From contig NIVC01002899.1 of NCBI GenBank assembly GCA_002269645.1, forward strand, positions 62,001-126,000: 64,000 nucleotides of DNA. Direction: 5' to 3'. Within the stretch, counting starts at the first letter, position 1, and the number at the start of each line of letters is the position of its first letter. This stretch comes from Macrostomum lignano. Its lineage: Eukaryota. Positions 57,201-64,000 of this stretch are shown piece by piece. The notes beneath the pieces are model-generated. The model was not told the origin of the DNA. It made no database searches and was given only the letters and a program-made list of their open reading frames with translations. A program made the translations under genes and the position numbers.

Positions 57201-59883
57201 TCCCTCCCTGCATCTCTCCATCATTCCCTGCATCTCTCCATCCCTCCCTGCATCTCTTCATCCCTCCCTGCATCTCTCCATTTCTCCCTGCATCTCTCCA
57301 TCCCTCCCTGCATCTCTTCATCCCTCCCTGCATCTCTCCATTTCTCCCTGCATCTCTCCATCCCTCCCTGCATCTCTCCATTCCTACCTTTATCTTCCCA
57401 TCCCTCCCTGCATCTCTTCATCCCTACCTTCCTCCCTTTATCCCTCACTGCATCTCTCTATCGTTTTAAGAATTTTACAAATGACAAAATCTTTCCAATC
57501 TTTCTTTCACCGCCCCCCCCTACCCCAGATCAAAGTCGGCGAAATGTTCGGCACGCTAAAGTACACGGAGCAGCCGCGTTCCGGCGATAAGATTCTCTCA
57601 GTGTATCTCCCTGACGATGGCAGCGAGTTTTTAAAGATTTCTTCCTACGATTATCAGCGACTCAAACAGCAGCTGGAGAACAAGGACGAGACTGAGAAGG
57701 TTGGCCTGCTGCTTGAGAACCCGGGCTACACGCTCTGGTCACGACAGCCGCTGCTGAAGGTCGTTCGGCTGGTCGATTGGCTGACCGTGCCAGCCAATAG
57801 CGTCATTGCCAGCGAAGGCTTCAAGGCACCTTTTATTGGTAAGTTGGGCAGAAACGATGAGCACACAGAGTGACAGTATTGATGAGCACACAGAGTGACA
57901 GTAGGGATGAGCACACAGAGTGACAGTATTGATGAGCACACAGAGTGACAGTATTGATGAGCACACAGAGTGACAGTAGGGATGAGCACACAGAGTGACA
58001 GTATTGATGAGCACACAGAGTGACAGTATTGATGAGCACACAGAGTGACAGTAGGGATGAGCACACAGAGTGACAGTAGGGATGAGCACACAGAGTGACA
58101 GTATTGATGAGCACACAGAGTGACAGTATTGATGAGCACACAGAGTGACAGTAGGGATGAGCACACAGAGTGACAGTATTGATGAGCACACAGAGTGACA
58201 GTATTGATGAGCACACAGAGTGACAGTAGGGATGAGCACACAGAGTGACAGTAGGGATGAGCACACAGAGTGACAGTATTGATGAGCACACAGAGTGACA
58301 GTATTGATGAGCACACAGAGTGACAGTAGGGATGAGCACACACAGTGACAGTAGGAGCACACAGATGACAGTATTGATGAGCACACAGAGTGACAGTAGA
58401 GATGAGCACACAGAGTGACAATAGGAATGAGCACACAGAGTGACAATAGGAATGAGCACACAGAGTGACAGTAGGGATGAGCACACAGAGTGACAGTAGG
58501 GATGAGCACACAGAGTGACAGTAGGGATGAGCACACAGATGACTGTAGGGATGAGCACACAGATGACTGTAGGGATGAGCACACAGATGACTGTAGGGAT
58601 GAGCACACAGATGACTGTAGGGATGAGCACACAGAGTGACAGTAGGGATGAGCATACAGAGTGACAGTAGGGATGAGCACACAGAGTGACAGTAGGGATG
58701 AGCACACAGAGTGACAGTAGGGATGAGCACATAGAGTGACAGTAGGGATGAGCACACAGAGTGACAGTAGGGATGAGCACACAGAGTGACAGTATAGATG
58801 AGCTCACAGAGTGACAGTAGGAATGAGCACACAGAGTGACAGTATGGATGAGCACACAGAGTGACAGTGGTAATAAGCAAGGGTGAAATTGGGGTGAATA
58901 TAGAGTGAAATTGAAAAGAATAGTGACATTGTTATCCATAAGGATTGACATTTGGATGAACAGTGAGTTACATGAAAACAGCAAGTGAAACAAATATTGC
59001 TTGAAAACTGATGACTCACCCTGCGCCCCTCCCCCCGTTGCGCTTCTAGGCTACATCCAATCGGGTACCTGCCTCCTCCTGCGCAAGCTGGTCGCGAACA
59101 AGACTCTGAAAAATGGGCAGGAGGTGCAGCGCACCGCCCACATCGTCATGAGTCGCATCGGGCCGAAGCAGTCGTTCGGGGAAGCCTCCCTGCTAGATCA
59201 GGAGGACATGCCGTGCACTCTCATCGCAGAGACGGACACTGTCCGAATGGCTGTACTCCGGCCGGACAAGCTGGCCGAGCTGGACTCGGACACTCGGCTA
59301 CTGATTGGACAGTCGGCCGATGCCAGCCTTGGGAAAATGCCGCAGGTGGGCGTTTGGGGTGCTCGCTGAAGTTTTTGATCTACTACAAAAACATTGCGAA
59401 CTTGATTTTCTTGTCTTTTCAGCCAAGGCATCTCAGCAACTCCCCTTGAGCCATGGCATCTCTGCAACTCCCCTTGAGCCAAGGCATCTCAGCAACTCCC
59501 CTTGAGCCATGCCATCTCAGCAACTCCCCTTGAGCCATGACTCTCAGCAACTCCCCTTGAGCCATGACTCTCAGCAACTCCCCTTCAGCCATGGCATCTC
59601 AGCAACTCCCCTTGAGCCATGGCATCTCGTTTAGTTTCGTTTATTAATTACCAGCAAACTTGATTTATTATCATACTCAGTGCATCTACATTGTCTAGCA
59701 CCGTAGACAATGTACTAGTAAATGACAAACCCGTCAACCTTTGACTCAATTCAGGAGGAAGTCGAACGCGAGTACGTAGTCCAAGAGTCAGCCAAGGAGT
59801 GGAACGAGACGAAGCAAGCGGTAGTTGATGAAGTCATCAATGCGCGCGGAATTCGTCCCGGAGTTGGAAAATGGGCAAAGTAG
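54283..59883 (+). CDS. Cyclic-nucleotide-binding-domain protein (CNBD1/2-like); exons 54283-54356, 54962-55255, 56217-56623, 57529-57838, 59050-59345, 59755-59883; apparent frameshift in C9 run 56245-56253
   Basis: LLKQPMYERTAEENDKIY...LLKELATV, IKVGEMFG, GYIQSGTC, IGPKQSFGEASLL...PCTLIA (two cNMP-barrel-like FGE-type motifs) and end GIRPGVGKWAK*. GT-AG junctions are in phase. The subfamily call is from memory of the motif pattern. Confidence 0.8.
55462..56012. repeat. 23-bp satellite array 3 (CNBD intron 2)
   Basis: Same unit as arrays 1 and 2. Confidence 0.95.
56660..57420. repeat. 20-bp minisatellite (CCCTGCATCTCTCCATCATT/CCCT)n in CNBD intron 3
   Basis: Tandem 20-mers. Confidence 0.95.
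57856..58866. repeat. 25-bp minisatellite (GATGAGCACACAGAGTGACAGTAGG/TT)n in CNBD intron 4
   Basis: Starts about 18 nt after the donor. Confidence 0.96.
59420..59628. repeat. About 28-bp minisatellite in CNBD intron 5
   Basis: AGCCATGGCATCTCAGCAACTCCCCTTG, about 7 copies. Confidence 0.9.
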
Positions 59884-60440
59884 ATCCAAAAAAACTGTTC
59901 TTATTGTGATAATAAACTACCGCTTTATTATATCACTTTGCAAGGAAAATTTCTAGTACAATGAAGTTATAATAAATATACTGAATTATACTCAACGGTG
60001 TTTTGTTTTGCAACGCAAAAACGTTTCTGATATGACGTTCCTAAATCCACTTTGGTTTCCGTTCAAAGCCTATCTTTCAAGCTAACAAGAGGAGTGCGAA
60101 GTCGGCTTTTTCACACCAGCCAATCAGCGATCGCCTCGGGGAGAGGGGAGTAGAAATCATTGCGCGAGCCTGTCTGACCTACGGGGTAAGGGTTTGAGGC
60201 TGTACAGCTAGATGTACACTGAAAGCGCCGCCTTCAATCAAACCAAGCACCCCTTTTTAATTCTTCGCTGGCAAAAATCTACACTGAACAGATAGAATGA
60301 CTCAATCAACTACGTACAAAGCCATGCAATTCGATGTACAAGTATTCTGGCTTGATCGGACTAAGAAAGTGTCTTAAAAGTCAGGTAATTTTAATGAAAA
60401 GAGCCTACCTTCTTGTCTATTATTATCATTTTAAAAAATC

Positions 60441-61163
60441 ATGCATCTTTTCTGTAAACTTGCATTTGCCATTGTTCTACTGGCGTCTGTGGCACCCGCT
60501 GCTGAAGGTCTCTCCTGGATGCTGGGAGGATCAGAGCGTGGGCCTCCGCCACCGCCACCGCCACCGCCACCGCCACCCAAGAGTCCGGAGGCAGTTGATG
60601 TTGCATCCAGAAGCTTAGCCGAACATCATCATTTCAACCGTCAAGAAGAACGCCGGCACAAAAGCGAGAGTCGAAGCGAGCATCAGGAGCAGAAAAGAAC
60701 TATTTTGAACGAAAGGAAGATTGGAGTTGGCAACAGTGAGATTAGCAATAACAACAAAGTGAAGAAAGAGAACTACAATAAAATGCCGAATGGCGAAGAA
60801 GCTTCAGATGCCCAATATCAAAGCAGCACCAATAGCAACATTCACAACAACCGCAGAGATAACAAGTACAGCGACAACCTTGAAGTTGGCAACAAATACA
60901 ACAACCACAAACACAACAACCGAGAAGCTGACAACAAATACAACAACAACAACCGAGAAGTTGATACCAAATCCAACGACAACAACAACAACCACAACAA
61001 CCGAGAAGCTGACAACAAATACAACAACCAAAACCACAACAACCGAGAAGACAACAAAAAATACAACAACCACAACAACCACAACAACCGAGAAGTTGAC
61101 AATAAATTCGACCACAACAACAACAACAAAAACCACCGAGAAGCTGACAACAGATACACCACC

Positions 61164-61222
<59 letters not shown>

Positions 61223-63324
61223 CCGAGAAGTTAACGACAGATATGAATACAACAGCAACCGAGAAGCTCTCAACAGATACAAAATCAACAACAACAGAGA
61301 AGTTGACAACAAGTACAACAACAACAGAGAAGTTGACAACAAGTACAACAACAACAGAGAAGTTGACAACAAGTACAACAACAGAGAAGTTGACAACAAG
61401 TACAACAACAACAGAGAAGTTGACAACAAGTACAACAACAACAGAGAAGTTGACAACAAGTACAACAAAACAGAGAAGTTGACAACAAGTACAACAACAG
61501 AGAAGTTGACAACAAGTACAACAACAACAGAGAAGTTGACAACAAGTACAACAACAACAGAGAAGTTAACAACAAGTACAACAACAACAGAGAAGTTGAC
61601 AACAAGTACAACAACAACAGAGAAGTTGACAACAAGTACAACAACAGAGAAGTTGACAACAAGTACAACAACAACAGAGAAGTTGACAACAAGTACAACA
61701 ACAACAGAGAAGTTGACAACAAGTACAACAACAACCGAGAAGTTGACAACAAGTACAACAACAACAGAGAAGTTGACAACAAGTACAACAACAACAGAGA
61801 AGTTGACAACAAGTACAACAACAACCGAGAAGTTGACAACAAGTACAACAATAACCTAGAAGTTGACAACAAGTACAACAACAACAGAGAAATTGACAAC
61901 AAGTACAACAACAGAGAAGTTGACAACAAGTACAACAACAGAGAAGTTGACAACAAGTACAACAACGCTAAGCAAAGACCCAGCATTAAACGTTACAATG
62001 ATGTCAGCAACAGAGAGTTGGAGAACGAATACAATCGAAAGAAGCAACCCATCGAGATTTACTACAATGAGAAGCCAGGAAAGGACCTGGCAACCAAGTC
62101 CAGTGCATACAGCGGCAGAACTGACTACAGCAGCAGCAACAACAATGACGGCATCAAGGCTAAGAACGACAGGCGGAGTCGAGACTATGAAGGAGGGAAG
62201 TTGGCGAGCTCAAACTACGCCGGAGATGGCATCATTGCCGACGAGGGACCCATCGAAAGTCGCAGGTATTTGAAACACAATTCATATTTGCTACCTCGAT
62301 TTTTTCTTAAGCGTCAGAATCACAGTGCCATCTGGATACTCTACTCGACCCTTTCGACTGCTGAGCAGTCTAGCTCTCACCCATAGAAGTTGCAGAAAAT
62401 CTGCGGACTTCAGGTTTACAAATTAATCAAAGTTTACAATTTTTAGAGTAGAGGCCTTGAAATATTGAGAATCCCAGTATCCAGTATTGATATTTTAAAG
62501 GAAATATGAGTTTAACATAGAACTGAATTAAATGACACCCAGCTGGGAAAAAAACTGAGTCCAAATTCAGGATGCAAAAAATTGCAGATACTGAGATACT
62601 AGAATAATTAGACTAGATGGGCCACTCAGCACATTTGCGTGTAAGCTACTTTCAGTTCAGTAGTAAGTTAAACTGAAGCATTTTAATGTCTTTTTTAAAG
62701 CCAAGGCTCATTTATAGGCTCTTACCCCTCATCCAACCGAGCCTTTCCACACAACCCCCCGCCCGCCCCAATTTTTATTGCCTAAAGCTGCCATGTACAT
62801 TTCAGTGGACTGGCCAATGTACATTATTGCTGAACCAATTAGCAAGCTGTTTACGCCTGCAAGCTTTGGGCTTCTAAACTTATCAAAGTCATTTAAGCTG
62901 CCTTTATTTTTTATAAAATAGCTTATGTATTCTTCTTTGCTACTGAAATGCAAGTAAAAAGCTGCTTTACTAAGTACAAGTGCCTCCTGAGTGGTCCATC
63001 TAGTTATTTTAGTATCTGCGGTCATGACAAACGACTATGACACAAGAACCCGCTTTGCCACCTACAGTCTAATTGCATTAAGCAAACCGTTGGAATTTAC
63101 AATAACTTTTTAAACACAAAACGCTCACAAATAGGCCCTACAAACATCCGGTCAGCAACAGCCGTCCGAGACCGGACGACTGGTTTGTCGATTTGCTGAT
63201 GAGCGACGAGAACTATGTCGATCTGCTGCTGGACGAGCTGCTCAACGGCAATCGCTACGACGTCTACGACAGAAATTCGGCGAACTACGAATGGCACCAC
63301 GGATGGAATGACAAGCGACGTTGA
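60441..63324 (+). CDS. Secreted Asn-rich repeat protein (NNNREVDNKY)n, about 670 aa; exons 60441-62265 and 63135-63324; 1-nt frameshift near 61468
   Basis: Signal peptide MHLFCKLAFAIVLLASVAPAAEG, poly-Pro, charged linker, poly-Asn, then 27/30-bp codon-aligned repeats. The -1 frame runs without a stop into ...NNAKQRPSIKRYND...GPIESR. The CGCAG|GT donor joins in phase 2 to PYKHPVS...WFVDLLMSDENYVDLLLDELL...HHGWNDKRR*. Confidence 0.8.
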
Positions 63325-63592
63325 CTGAGTGTGTTAAATTGATTTGGGCAGGTTGATGTGTTTGAATTGGCGCCAAATATGCGTTTCGTTGTGTTAATCT
63401 CGAAGTTTTTATGACTTCCTATTGCGCAATAGTTTCAACATCAGTAACCAGTTTTGTTTTGTTGTTAAGTCTCTTAAGTCCTGATTTCATTAGTAACGCT
63501 AGTTTCTAAACAATTAAAATTTCTCATAATAAATTATTAACATTGGCTTACAAGCCGCACCGTTTCAATTGCAAAAAAATAGTTTGGTTCGT

Positions 63593-64000
63593 GACTGACT
63601 GACTGACTGACTGACTGACTGACTGACTGACTGAATGACTGACTGACTGACTGACTGACTGACTGACTGACTGACTGACTGACTGACTGACTGACTGACT
63701 GACTGACTGACTGACTGACTGACTGACTGACTGACTGACTGACTGACTGACTGACTGACTGACTGACTGACTGACTGACTGACTGACTGACTGACTGACT
63801 GACTGACTGACTGACTGACTGACTGACTGACTGACTGACTGACTGACTGACTGACTGACTGACTGACTGACTGACTGACTGACTGACTGACTGACTGACT
63901 GACTGACTGACTGACTGACTGACTGACTGACTGACTGACTGACTGACTGACTGACTGACTGACTGACTGACTGACTGACTGACTGACTGACTGACTGACT
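63593..64000. repeat. (GACT)n microsatellite
   Basis: Runs to the window end. Confidence 0.98.

Noticed and set aside
60790-62273. Thr-rich mucin-like ORFs (TTTEKLTTS)
   Set aside because: Alternative frames of the Asn-rich repeat. The signal peptide and the spliced unique C-terminus belong to the Asn frame once one base is restored.

Overview
Eukaryotic, intron-rich animal genomic DNA. Nearly every intron holds its own mini- or microsatellite array. This architecture and the gene content suggest a free-living flatworm such as Macrostomum (inference, not verified). Most long ORFs in the supplied track are tandem-repeat artefacts. Genes were reconstructed by hand from splice sites and motifs. 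They are: an intronless secreted C-type lectin (+, 8.1-9.0 kb); a group-I-like PAK kinase with a degenerate CRIB motif (+, 11.3-15.3 kb); two tandem GPI-anchor-type cholinesterases (-, A 18.5-26.7 kb and B 36.5-43.8 kb); an unidentified 5-exon gene (+, 30.0-32.5 kb); an RDH-like SDR (-, 47.0-50.4 kb) head-to-head with a cyclic-nucleotide-binding-domain gene (+, 54.3-59.9 kb); and a secreted Asn-rich repeat protein with a Lys-Tyr repeat (+, 60.4-63.3 kb). Mobile DNA comprises a decayed Ty3/Gypsy element, two tRNA-derived SINEs and a 258-bp element found twice inside (GATA)n arrays. The most interesting signals are the cholinesterase pair (native Trp331 and Leu/Val290, apparent gene conversion of the catalytic core, an intron present in only one copy), the satellite-bounded 3.04-kb duplication of the SDR/CNBD shared upstream region, and the Asn-rich secreted protein. 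Five reconstructed genes each show a single-base frameshift, mostly at homopolymers, so these may be sequencing errors.
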